Shown here piece by piece: positions 10,122-22,100 of a stretch of DNA of 64,000 bases. A model generated the notes under the pieces. The model was not told the origin of the DNA, ran no database searches, and saw only the letters and a list, made by a program, of their open reading frames with translations. This stretch comes from Podarcis liolepis (Eukaryota). The stretch is taken from NCBI GenBank assembly GCA_965112155.1, contig OZ218106.1; one strand, 5' to 3'. Made by a program: the position numbers and the translations under genes. The first letter of the stretch is position 1; each line of letters begins with the position of its first letter.

Positions 10122-13100
10122 ATGCCTGTAATTATGGGGCAGAATTTCCAAGCGCTTGAGCTGACTAGTTTGTCTTTCACCAAGGCTCCATTATAGGTAG
10201 AATAGTTACTTTTGGGGAGGAAATGATTTTTGCATGAAGCACTTACTGTCATCCCATATCGAGGTATACTGAAGTATTGGAGCCAGGCAAGCCAAGGCAG
10301 TATACTGGTGAGATTTACCAACAACCCAGAGAAAATCTGCAGACAAAACCATAATTAAAAATTTAATCCGATGACGCTTTGTAGTCAACAATCTGGATTT
10401 GCATAATAAAGAATTAATGAGCCATTTTGTTACAAGGAGTGAGATGCAAGATACCCAGACAATGGAAAGACCTTGTACAATTGGTACAAAGCTGTTTGGG
10501 AATCAGCCCTTCTTGAAAGATTTAACAAATAAACTGCGGTTGACACACGGACAGATCAAGAAAGATGGCTTTACTCCAGTGTGGTTTCATTTCATAACAT
10601 ATGCCAGTACATTGGTACCTCGGTTTACGAACTTAATCCGTTCTGGAAGTCCGTTCTTAAACTGAAACCGTTCTTAAACAGAGGCGCGCTTTCCCTAATG
10701 AGGCCTCGGATTCTGTTCTTGGACCGAGGTAGAGTTTGCAAACCGGGACACTACTTCCTGTTTTGCAGAGTTTGTAACCAAATCGTTCGTAAACAGGACT
10801 GTTCTTAAATCGAGGTACCACTGTATTCCAGAAAACGAACCATCCCACCCATCCCAGCGAACCATCCCCGAACCATCCTAGCATTTGGCTCAATCTGATT
10901 GATCTAAATTTAAACATAAAGTATTAGCTTCACTTTGAAACCCCCTCTCACGTCCATCAATTTACCAACACTTTCTATTGTTTCATAGGTAACGTAAGAG
11001 TTAAAATGACCATTACTCATACTTAATCTAAGCACAACCACAAGGGCTCCTGATTAGGCGTTTAGTTATGTGATGTTGGATGTTATCTGTTAACTCTGTT
11101 TTATCCTGTTTCCCTGCTGTCTTTGTTTAAACCAATTCAGGAACCAAGAACTTACACACTGACCACTAATAATGAACCCTATGTTGTAGATCGTACTGCA
11201 AATTTATTATGCTAATTTTGTGATAGACAAATGACATGAGAAAACTTGGTCTGTTTATTTGTACTGTTTACTATTCCTGTGGTCCTTGTTTATAAAACTC
11301 AATAAAAAGCAATTCCGGCAATAAAGTTTTAGTTATTAAAAAAAAGGGGGCACCCACCTGATTCAGTTTCCTAGCTGCTGCAATGCCAGCAACTTCCTAT
11401 CAACCATTTAAGGATACTCACAATCATAAAAACAAAGGTGATGGTCATGAGTAGATTTGCTACAGCCACGACACTCTGTCCTGCGGCAATTGCTAGCGCC
11501 ATAGAAGTCGCTGTGTAAGATACCATCATCAGAGTAAACATCATGATAAAGAAGGCCTCTGGTGTTGCCTTTAGACCTTAGAGATCAAAAAGAAAATGCG
11601 TGTTTTTTGATGAAGAATATACAGTCAAATATTGTTACTAGTTTATTATGCATCATAGACTTTACATACACTTTATTTTCATGATGTTGCTTATTTAATA
11701 ATGTCTGCATGGGTGAAATGCTTTCTACTCCTTGTGCAGCTTTACAACAAATAATATGAGGTTGCTCATATTATTTTAGTTTTAGGTGGAAAGCTGAAAG
11801 AGCGTGACTTGCCAATGGCCCATTCAGACATTACCTGGCCTTTGGAACAGGCCTGGGCAATATATCGCCCTGGACCGATATAAGGGGCAGACAGCGACGA
11901 CAGCTTCACTCAGCAGTATATTCCGGATGAAACCGCTGCCTCCAGAATCCCTCTGCAACCAGCGCCTAGTGCACTGAGGGTGCAACAAGCTGCCAATGGG
12001 CACTGGAAGCAGAGTGGCCGCAGTTTGGGTGCCAGAGAGTGCTATTTTTCTTGAAAAAGAGGTGCCGGAACTCACCATTAACTCCTCCCTTGTTCTCTTA
12101 TAATGGCAATAGCGCCCACCTAAGAAGTGCAAGTTTTGGCAAGTTCCAGCTGAAAAAAAGCCCTGGTGACGGAGGGATGGAATATCCTAATGCGTAGGGT
12201 TGATGGGCTGGAAAGCGGAACAGGAGCATTTGCACATGAGAACATTTTGTTGCAGGATCCACCTGGCAAGCTCTGTTGCATAGCTTCAAGGACAACATAC
12301 TTACCTAACATGAAATAAACAATGCTGGTGAAGATAATGCTTGGTAAAGTCCTCATGGGTATTAAATCAGCCATTAGCTTTGAGAAGAAATATGCAGAAA
12401 TTCGGTAGTATCCACTGATGTACTCATGTCTATGAATATAAACAGTACAATATTACCAGGTAAAGTTTTAAAGTACTGAAATAATTTAACACAGTAAACA
12501 ACCGAGATACATTGTATGCAGTTTGACAAAACTTTGATGTTGCCATAATAAAATCATCCCCCCCAAAACTCTACATCCGTTCAGTCTTATTTATCAGTCT
12601 TTTAAGAAAATGTTATGCTAGGGATTAAATCGTTTTTTAAAAAAAAATTACCATAAAAATATACATTGGGGTCATGCAGACCAGAGATGTAAAACAGTTA
12701 GTTCCTCTTCTCAGGGGAGGCTGGAAATTGTAGTTTGTAGTTACACTGTAAGACTGTCTCCTTCTCTTTAGAACTTCTTGGGTGTTAAGATCAGCATAGG
12801 GTAGAACTCTTGGTAGTTCACTACCCTCAGAATTTATTTATTTTTTTGGGGGGGAGCAGCCTGGAAGAGGGTGGACCCTATGCTGTAATAATAATTTTAT
12901 TATTTGTACCCCACCCACCAGACAGGGTTGCCCCAGCCACTCTGCGACTTCCAACGGGTATAAAAACATAGTAAGACATCAAACATTAAAAAACCCTCCC
13001 TATACTGTAAAATTACCTCTCCACAGAGGTGTGTCCGGGACCTTTATTATGTAGTTTTGTCTCCTGGCCTTATATATTAGGACCCACTCTATTCCTGTGA

Positions 13101-16100
13101 CTCTTAATATGTTTTGAACTTGTTTTAATATTGCGTTTTTAAATTGCAACCTGCCCTGGGACCTTATGGTGAAGGGCGGGTAAGAAAGATGATTCTTGAA
13201 ATAAATAAATAAAATAAGCAAATAAATAAGGCAAATAATAATAATAATATACAGTGTTGCCTGTTCAGCAGTGTTCTACTTACATGAATATCTTCTTCTC
13301 CACAACAAAAAGCTCAATAGCGGAAATGCTGCTGAAACACTGGTTGGTGGTCATAAAGAACATAGCACCAATTCTATGGGGAGGAAATACGGATTGTCAC
13401 CATAAAGCCTTTGAAAAAATATTTGATATTCACAACAAGGATCCTCTTTCCTCCCCGAAACCCACTTTTTTAGCAAGCTCATCCTTGGACGATCCCATGT
13501 TCTCATCTTCACCACTGCCTCACCCACTGGGAAAAGAGCTATAAGGTCCATTTCTGGTAGAAAACAGGCATTTACAGTGTATGCCCTTGAGCAGCTGCCA
13601 ATTTATGTTAAAGATACTAGCCCCTTGGGAGGTGAGTGGAGGCAGAATGGGAGGGGACAGTACCCAGGCCCAGACAGAGGGGAGGGGCCATATGGGCCAC
13701 TTGGCCCGGGCCTCCGATTCCAAAGGGGGCCTTGGAATATTCACAATTCAGCATATTCACAATTGCAGGGGATGCACTGGGACAAACACGGAGGTGCAGC
13801 AGCGGTGGGCGGATTCCCTGGGGCCATGGCTGGCATAGAATCATAGAGTTGGAAGAGACCACAAGGGCCATCGAGTCCAACCCCCTGCCAAGCAGGAAAC
13901 ACCATCAGAGCACTCCTGACATATGGTTGTCAAGCCTCTGCTTAAAGACCTCCAAAGTAGGAGACTCCACCACACTCCTTGGCAGCAAATTCCACTGTCG
14001 AACAGCTCTTACTGTCAGGAAGTTCTTCCTAATGTTTAGGTGGAATCTTCTTTCTTGTAGTTTGGATCCATTGCTCCGTGTCCGCTTCTCTGGAGCAGCA
14101 GAAAACAACCTTTCTCCCTCCTCTATGTGACATCCTTTTATATATTTGAACATGGCTATCATATCACCCCTTAACCTCCTCTTCTCCAGGCTAAACATGC
14201 CCAGCTCCCTTAGCCGTTCCTCATAAGGCATCGTTTCCAGGCCTTTGACTATTTTGGTTGCCCTCCTCTGGACACGTTCCAGTTTGTCAGTGTCCTTCTT
14301 GAACTGTGGTGCCCAGAACTGGACACAGTACTCCAGGTGAGGTCTGACAAGAGCAGTATACAGTGGCACTATTACTTCCCTTGATCTAGATGCTATACTC
14401 CTATTGATGAGGCCCAGAATTGCATTGGCTTTTTTAGCTGCCGTGTCACACTGTTGGCTCATGTCAAGTTTGTGGTCAACCAAGACTCCTAGATCCTTTT
14501 CACATGTACTGCTCTCAAGCCAGGTGTCACCCATCTTGTATTTGTGCCTCTCATTTTTTTTGCCCAAGTGCAATACTTTACATTTCTCCCTGTTAAAATT
14601 CATCTTGTTTGTTTTGGCCCAGTTCTCTAATCTGTCAAGGTCGTTTTGAAGTGTGATCCTGTCCTCTGGGGTGTTAGCCACCCCTCCCAGTTTGGTGTCA
14701 TCTGCAAATTTGATCAGGATGCCCTTGAGTCCATCATCCAAGTCGTTGATAAAGATGTTGAATAAGACCGGGCCCAAGAGAAAAGCTTCCCTGTCCTGCG
14801 ATCGGCTCCACAGAGGAGTACGGAACGGGCCCCGGTTGGGTGGAGGCTACCAAGGCTCCAAGCAGCCAGCGTGATGGTGGACCATGTTTTTCATGCTATT
14901 AAAAGTTGGTGGGGTTTTTTTTAAAAAAAAAATCTTGTTTGCCAAACATTAAAACCACACGTACCTTAAAGATAAGTGTGTTGGCTTTCTTATCGCTAAA
15001 AGTTCTTTTGAAAATTATGAAAAATTGATGAAGATGTGGCCATTTGTTTAAAATTTTGTTGACTAGGCCTGGAATCCTTTCCCCAATGTATTTTTAAAAA
15101 GCACTACAGTGGTACCTCGGGTTAAATTCTTAATTCTTTCCGGAGGTCCGTTCTTAACCTGAAACTGTTCTTAACCTGAGGTACCACTTTGGCTAATGGG
15201 GCCTCCTGCTGCCGCGCCGCCGGAGCACGATTTCTGTTCTCATCCTGAAGCAAAGTTCTTAACCTGAGGTACTATTTCAGGGTTAGCAGAGTCTGTAACC
15301 TGAAGCGTATGTAACCCGAGGTAGCACTGTCTTGTATATCTATATTTTCCATTTTGTCTTTATATGCAGATACAGCTCAAGCCTTGAAATAACATTATTT
15401 GTCAGCATAACTTTTGTGAAAATTATTTATATACTTATTTATAAGACTTCAGTTATCCCCAGGGTAAAAAAGGGGGGGGCACATTATCTACCTGGCCCAG
15501 GCCTCTGCCTGGCTCTGCAAGGCGCTGCCAGTACCCTACAAATTGTGGGGGAAGGAGCTGTCATCGCCTGGTTTTACAAGATGGAACGCTAAGATACTGG
15601 CTGGTTAGCAGTTCTATCCAGTTAAAGAATAAAAGAGATGTATAAAGTCCAAGCAGAAGCTAGTATTTGTTTTACAGGCTGTGTTTTTCAATTGACAGGA
15701 GCTAAATTTCAAGCTTCAAAATGGGAGGCATCAATGCTTCTGAATGCTTCCAATTGCAGGAAACCACAGGAAGGGAGAATGGACTCTTGGGCTCAGATTC
15801 TGCTTGCTGGTTTCCCACAGGCGACTGTGGTGCTGGTATGAGATGGGCCATGGGCCTGATCCAGCCTGATCTTCTTATCTTCTTAAGAAGTCTGAAGATT
15901 TCTCTAGAATCAAAAACTGCCACCATTTTCTCATCACACAGCCACCGGATTCCTCACCTGTTCTGCAAACCAGTGGTATCATTCGTTACCCGAAAGAATA
16001 TGGCACCTACGACTGCCGCCAGGAAAACGGTAACACAGAGCTGAAACATAAACGAAATATACAGCAGTGTTATATCGCATACAGTCGAGTGCAAAAATCA

Positions 16101-19100
16101 CTAGCTGTCAACTACAAAATTGAAGACAAATACAAATCAAATTCCTTCTGAAAATTGGACTTGTCATTAGCAACGAAACACCCTCCAGCAGCTAAAAACC
16201 ACCGCAAGCTCCATATTAAGTTATCATGGTTTCATATAGAACTTTGGAATTTAGCAGGTTAAACCTGCTGCAGCCTGAGAAACGGCATACCAGACACGTG
16301 CCTTTTTCTTTAAGGAGGCATTTGAAATCAGCTCAAGCTGTTTATATTTTGCAATTGACTTTTATTTTTCGGATTATGGCTGTTTTACTGAGGTCTCATC
16401 TGCTGCTATGTATTTTGTGGGTGCACGATTGTTTTGGTGGTGTTTTTTTTTGGTATTCTTTTTTTTACAGTGCAATAGAATTCTATTCATATCTACTCGG
16501 AAGTAAGTTCCTGGAATACAAAGGGGCTTCCTCCCAAGCCTGGGACATAGAATTGCAGCCCCAGCGTGTTTTTATTATTTGGTTTCTTAGCATGATCTAC
16601 ATTTGAAATAAAATAATATTGATATCATTAATAAAATAATATTAATGATAAAATAAGTATCACAACTGGCAGTGGCCTGTGATGATGTATGCAGCAAACT
16701 TTGAAGAAGGGTGTTGATTCAAGGCAGCCCAAATAGGTTCAGAATAGGGTTTCCCAACTTGAGTCTCCAGCCTTTTTTTGGACTACAATTCCCTTCATCC
16801 TTGACCACTGGCCCTGCTAGCTAGGGATGATGGGAGTTGTAGTCCAAGTTTGGGAAACCCTGGTTGAGAAGGGTTTTTTATTATTAAAGTGGTACCTCTG
16901 ATTACGAACTTAATTCGTTCTGGAGGTCTGTTCTTAACCTAAAACCATTCTTAACCTGAGGTACCACTTTAGCTAATGGGACCTCCCGCTGCCGCCACAC
17001 TGCTACTGCGTGATTTCTGTTCTCATCCTGAGATAAAGTTCTTAACCCGAGGTACTATTTCCGGGCTAGCAGAGTCTATAACCCGAAGTGTTTGCAACCC
17101 AAGGTGTTTGTAATAAGGATACCAGATTTTTTTCAATGAATCCGGGGAAACTTTTCAACTTCAGTAGGAATGAGAGGATTTTATCAGGGGACTGATTTAT
17201 AAATCCGAGAACTGTCCCCGGGAAACGGGGACGTCTGGTAACCTTAGTTTGTAACACAAGGTACTCCTGTATTATAAAGTGTGATATATGGTAAACATTT
17301 TTTCTCTTTTTAGCTGATGAAGTATCTACTGGTATACTAATGTACTTGGAGCACACAAGGCTATACCAGGGGCGGAAGTGACAGCTGAAGGAAAGGATTA
17401 GTGTTTGAATGACCGAATGACTCCATGAAGGCTTCTCTAACCTGCCACCCTAATGTTGTTGGACTACAACTCCCATCATTCCTGGCCATTGGTCATGCTG
17501 GCTGGGGCTGATGGGAGGTTGGAGGTGCACCAGATTGACGAAGGATGCTTTCGACCATCGTGGGTAGGGCACCGTTTGGACTCAGAATGTATTGGGCTGG
17601 TACTGCCAGAATGGTTAAGACCGCATATCAAGCATTAAGTATGAATGATTAAAACCGCGGCCAATGTGATGGTATCAGGCAGTTTGGCAAGAGCAGCCCT
17701 CAAACGTAACAGAGGGCCCTCCATACATGGTACCGTGATGTTAAGAACCTGCCGAAAGGACCAAATGTCAGGGATAATCCAAGCACTAAGCCAATTGTAG
17801 TAGAAAACAAGGATCATAGCAAGGCCCAATTGAGAAGATTAAAAAAGAACTGTAGGGCATTTGGAGACCGCATTTCAAATCCATTCCTAATGAGGTTAGG
17901 GAGATCAAAACGATTGGAGGGGCTGGGGAGTCAGGACCGTTAACCCTGGAAGATTAAAAAGCTCTAAAAGGGCATTATTCTTGTCACAAGGTCAAGCTTT
18001 TACAAAGCAATTAAGAGAGATCTCCATAATATCAACATACACATGGAATCAAAGGCCGTAATTCTAGGATTCTGAGGAGATTTTTGGCTTGTGGACAGCA
18101 AAAGTTTAAGAAGGAATCAAATGGATCTAATTAGATGTTTTATAGAGCCCCAACCTCTAAGGGCCAAAGAGGTTTGCTGAACATCTGAAGCGCAAAGGTG
18201 GGAGAAACGTAAGCCTTCTCGTGGCCTTCCTCCTGCGCTCCCCTCCCCAAGATAATCTTCCTCCTTCAGGACACCCAGATGCATATTTGTTGGGGCTCAG
18301 AATAAACGCAGCTAGGGAAAATAAAGGCTTAAAGCTGATTTGGGATAAGCAACATTCCCTTGTTCACCACTTCAAATCTGACGCTCTTTTGACCAGATGT
18401 GGGGAACCTTTTTATTTTCTCCTTTTTTATGCATACCTTTATATAAACAATGAAGGGGAATGGCAGCAAAGCATGTCAATTCATCGTACCAGTTTAAAAG
18501 GTCGGGACTATGTGGTTAAAACCAAGTGGGGAACTTTTTTTTTCAGCCTGAGGGACGCTTTCTCTTTAAAGTACTCTTCCAGGGAGGAGTGATGGGCAAG
18601 AGCTACAGTCAGCTGAGTCAACTGCAGGTGCAGAAATCACATGCTCTTTGCTTCCAGCCCCATCTTAGCCTGGCCAGGCACAGCTGTGAACATTACCTCA
18701 GGCGTTCTCCACCTAGGTTCAGCTGTAACTCTCCCCGGCATTCCCTCAGACGTTCCCCACCTGTGTTTAGCTGTCATTCTCCCCAAGCTGCTATGTGCAC
18801 GCAGCCGAACAATGCCCTTCTTCCCTCCTTGCCTGCCTACGGGCTGAGGTGACAGTAATGGTGGAGAGGAGGGCATTTGGGCTCCTTTTTTGCTTCGATC
18901 AATTCTTCCACCGGTCCCATATTCATTCCACCAAGTCCCTGCTGCTGCTCTCTGCAAGGTCCCCCCAACCTCCGGCAATCTTCATCCTCCCTGTCACTTT
19001 CCCACTGAACAAGCCTCTTCCAGGTGATCCTCGCCCTCGGAGCCAGTCTCCTCTTCCCCTAAGGCAGCCTTTCTCAACCTGTGGGTCCCTAGATGTTGTT

Positions 19101-22100
19101 GGACTACAACGCCCATCATCCCTGAGCTCTGGCCTTGCTAGCTAGGGGTGATGGGAGTTGTAGTTCAACAACATCTGGGGACCCACAGGTTGAGAACCAC
19201 TGCCCTAAGGCTTCCTCGTATCCCCTGCTTTTGCCAACGCCCTCTTTCCCTGCCCTCTGTGTAGGCGCCAATCATGGGACACAGTATGTATTTTTGGCCC
19301 AATACGCAGGTCTCTTCAGTGAAATGGGTGTTGCTTCCCAATATGGAGCTGGAGACCAGGATAGCTACTACAGTGGTACCTCAGGTTACATACGCTTCAG
19401 GTTACAGACTCCGCTAACCCAGAAATAGTGCTTCAGGTTAAGAACTTTGCTTCAAGATGAGAACAGAAATCGTGCTCCGGCAGCACGGCAGCAGTGGGAG
19501 GCCCCATTAGCTAAAGTGGTGCTTCAGGTTAAGAACAGTTTCAGGTTAAGAACGGACCTCCGGAACGAATTAAGTACTTAACCTGAGGTACCAGTGTATT
19601 TAGTAATTAATTAATTAATTATTATTATTCTAAAGTCTATGAACAGAAAACCTTGTGGCAAGGTGGAAGGAGACAGAAAACAAGAAACTTAAGAGAGAGA
19701 GACTTCTGGTTATTCAAAAGAACACAGACAAAGGTAAAACAAGATAGGGCCTTCTCTGTGTTTGCCCCCCAGACTTCGGCATGCTCTTCCCCCAGAGGTA
19801 TGGATGACACCTACACAGGGCTTTTTTCCGCCGGAACTCAATTCTGGCACCACTCAGGTAGGCCCCATTGCCATTATAAGAGAACAAGTGAGGCGTTCGT
19901 GGTGAGTTCTGCCGCCTCTTTTTCTAGAAAAATAGCACTGCGCCTACACTACTGTTGTTTCAGCGGCAACTCAAAACATACCCGTTCCCCTAGGAATTTT
20001 AGTGGCTTGTGTGAATGTCATGGAACCTCTTGTTTCTGCTGCTGGTTTTTACTGGTTTAGATGCTGGTTATTTTAACCGCTTCATTTTATTGGTTCTGTT
20101 TTTTAATTCCATTGCAATATTTAATGGAAAGAGAAGGAAACAAATCTCATAAATAAAGAAATGGTTTAGGTGAGCATCTTCCAATATAGTCATGCAAACT
20201 ACCATCTCCAAAACAAAATGTGGGTGGTCATCATGGCTCCGGGTGAAATATTCCAGCATCTATGGAAAAACACTGGTGCATTCTGGTATCCATTTGTTAT
20301 TTCTGCCATTCTCTACACCTGGAAGCCCCCAACAGCTTAAGGTTATTTCTTGTGCAATCAACATGTGCACAGCAGTAACTCACTAGCTGCACAGGTCAAT
20401 GCAAGTATTGTATCACTGGGGCGTAGATTAATGAAGAAAGCATTTTAAATGACTAGTATTACCTGTGCTATGGAGGCTTGAGGGTTGCCTAGCAGATTTT
20501 TGAACGTGCGTTTAGAGACCCACTTGAGCTGGTGAAAGAAGGGAGTGGAGTAGGTGATTTCTCGGAAAGAGGTCTCCCTCTGGCTCCCCAAAGACAGCCT
20601 CTCTAATTCTGCTTTGGTTTCTTGGTAGTAAGTGGAACTGGAATACTTTTCTGCCAATTTCTCTGCCAGTGTCTGATCACGACTGATGTGTTCGTCAATG
20701 TTATCTTTGGAGAGATGGAGAAATACATTTAACATGGTCTTCTGGATCTATGGGAGTTGAGCTAGAGCACAAAACACAAAATGTAGCATAACATAAAGGC
20801 TGAGTACTGTATATGACGCAGGTAGCGCTGTGGTCTAAACCACAAAGCCTAGGGCTTGCCGATCAGAAGGTTGGCGGTTCGAATCCCCGCAACAGGGTGA
20901 GCTCCCGGTCCCTGCTCCTGCCAACCTAGCAGTTCGAAAGTACAAGTAGATAAATAGGTACCGCTCTGGCGGGAAGGTAAACGGTGTTTCCATGCGCTGC
21001 TCTGGTTCACCAGAAGCCACTTAGTCATGCTGGCCACATGACCCGAAAGCTGTACGCCGGCTCCCTCGGCCAATAAAGCGAGATGAGCGCCACAACCCCA
21101 GAGTCGTTCGTGACTGGACCTAATGGTCAGGGGTCCCTTTACCTTTACCTTTACTTTATATGACATAAGCTTTTGTGGACTAGAGTTCATACCATCCAAA
21201 GAGGTGCTTTGCTCTTCGCTTTCAGTTTGGTCCACTGTTTGAATGAAACGGACACAGGAAGAGCCTCAATTGCCCACCTAGTCCAACATCCTGTTCTCAG
21301 CAGATACCCATGGGAAACCCACAAGTAGGACTCAAGCACAAGAGCACGCTTCCCTCCTGCGGTTTCCAGCAACTGGCATTCAGAAGCATTACTGTGGAAG
21401 CAGAGCATGGCCATCATGCCTAGTAGCTGTTGATAAGTAGATCTTCCATGAATTTGTCTGCTAATGCAGCCTAAGACTGGAATAACTTCTTCTTTTTGCA
21501 GCCATCTTGCATTGGTGGCCCATGGTCATTTTGTGGTCAACTAAGACACCGAGATACTTTTCACATGTACTTGATCTCTCAGGTGACATTCCAAAGTTGG
21601 GACATGGTGACAGAGAAGAAGATCCTGTCCCATGTTCAGCCTGACCCCAAAACTGTGGTGGCCAAACTCGGCCCTCCAGATGTTTTGGGACTACAACTCC
21701 CATCATCCCTAGCTAACAGAACCAGTGATCAGGGATGATGGGAATTGTAGTCCGAGGGCTGAGTTTGGCCACCACTGCCCTAAAGGAATGACCAGAGTTG
21801 TATGATAGGAGCCAGTCCTCCAGGTATCCTGGTCCTAAGCCATTCAATTGCAATCCCAACCCTCTTTGTGCCAGGATGAGGTGGTTCTGGATTGAGTGGA
21901 GGCCTTTGGTGTCCTCCAACCACAAAGTAACACCAGAGTCACTCTACAAGGGCAGTTTCCCCTTTCCAAGCATGTGAGTGGGCAGAAGAACTATTAGCAG
22001 GTCCACATCACCAGCAGCAGCATACAGAAAGCACCAAAATGAGGCAGGGACCAGCTAAGCAGGCCCAGGATGTGCTAGCTCCCTAGCCAACCCAACTGCC

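Larger units (their letters stand above)
13665..15527. mobile_element. Older hAT-like non-autonomous element hosting nested CR1 and Tigger-like insertions
   Basis: Degenerate TIRs caggcccagacagag / ctctgcaaggcgctg; near-perfect 8-bp TSD acagtacc / ccagtacc. Confidence 0.55.

Noticed and set aside
13636-14649. Plus-strand ORFs of 164 and 81 aa
   Set aside because: Antisense shadows of the CR1 reverse-transcriptase frame.
17305-17345. Other CTGATGA occurrences as hammerhead ribozymes (also near 8330, 61362, 63652)
   Set aside because: No stem II followed by GAAA and an NUH triplet.
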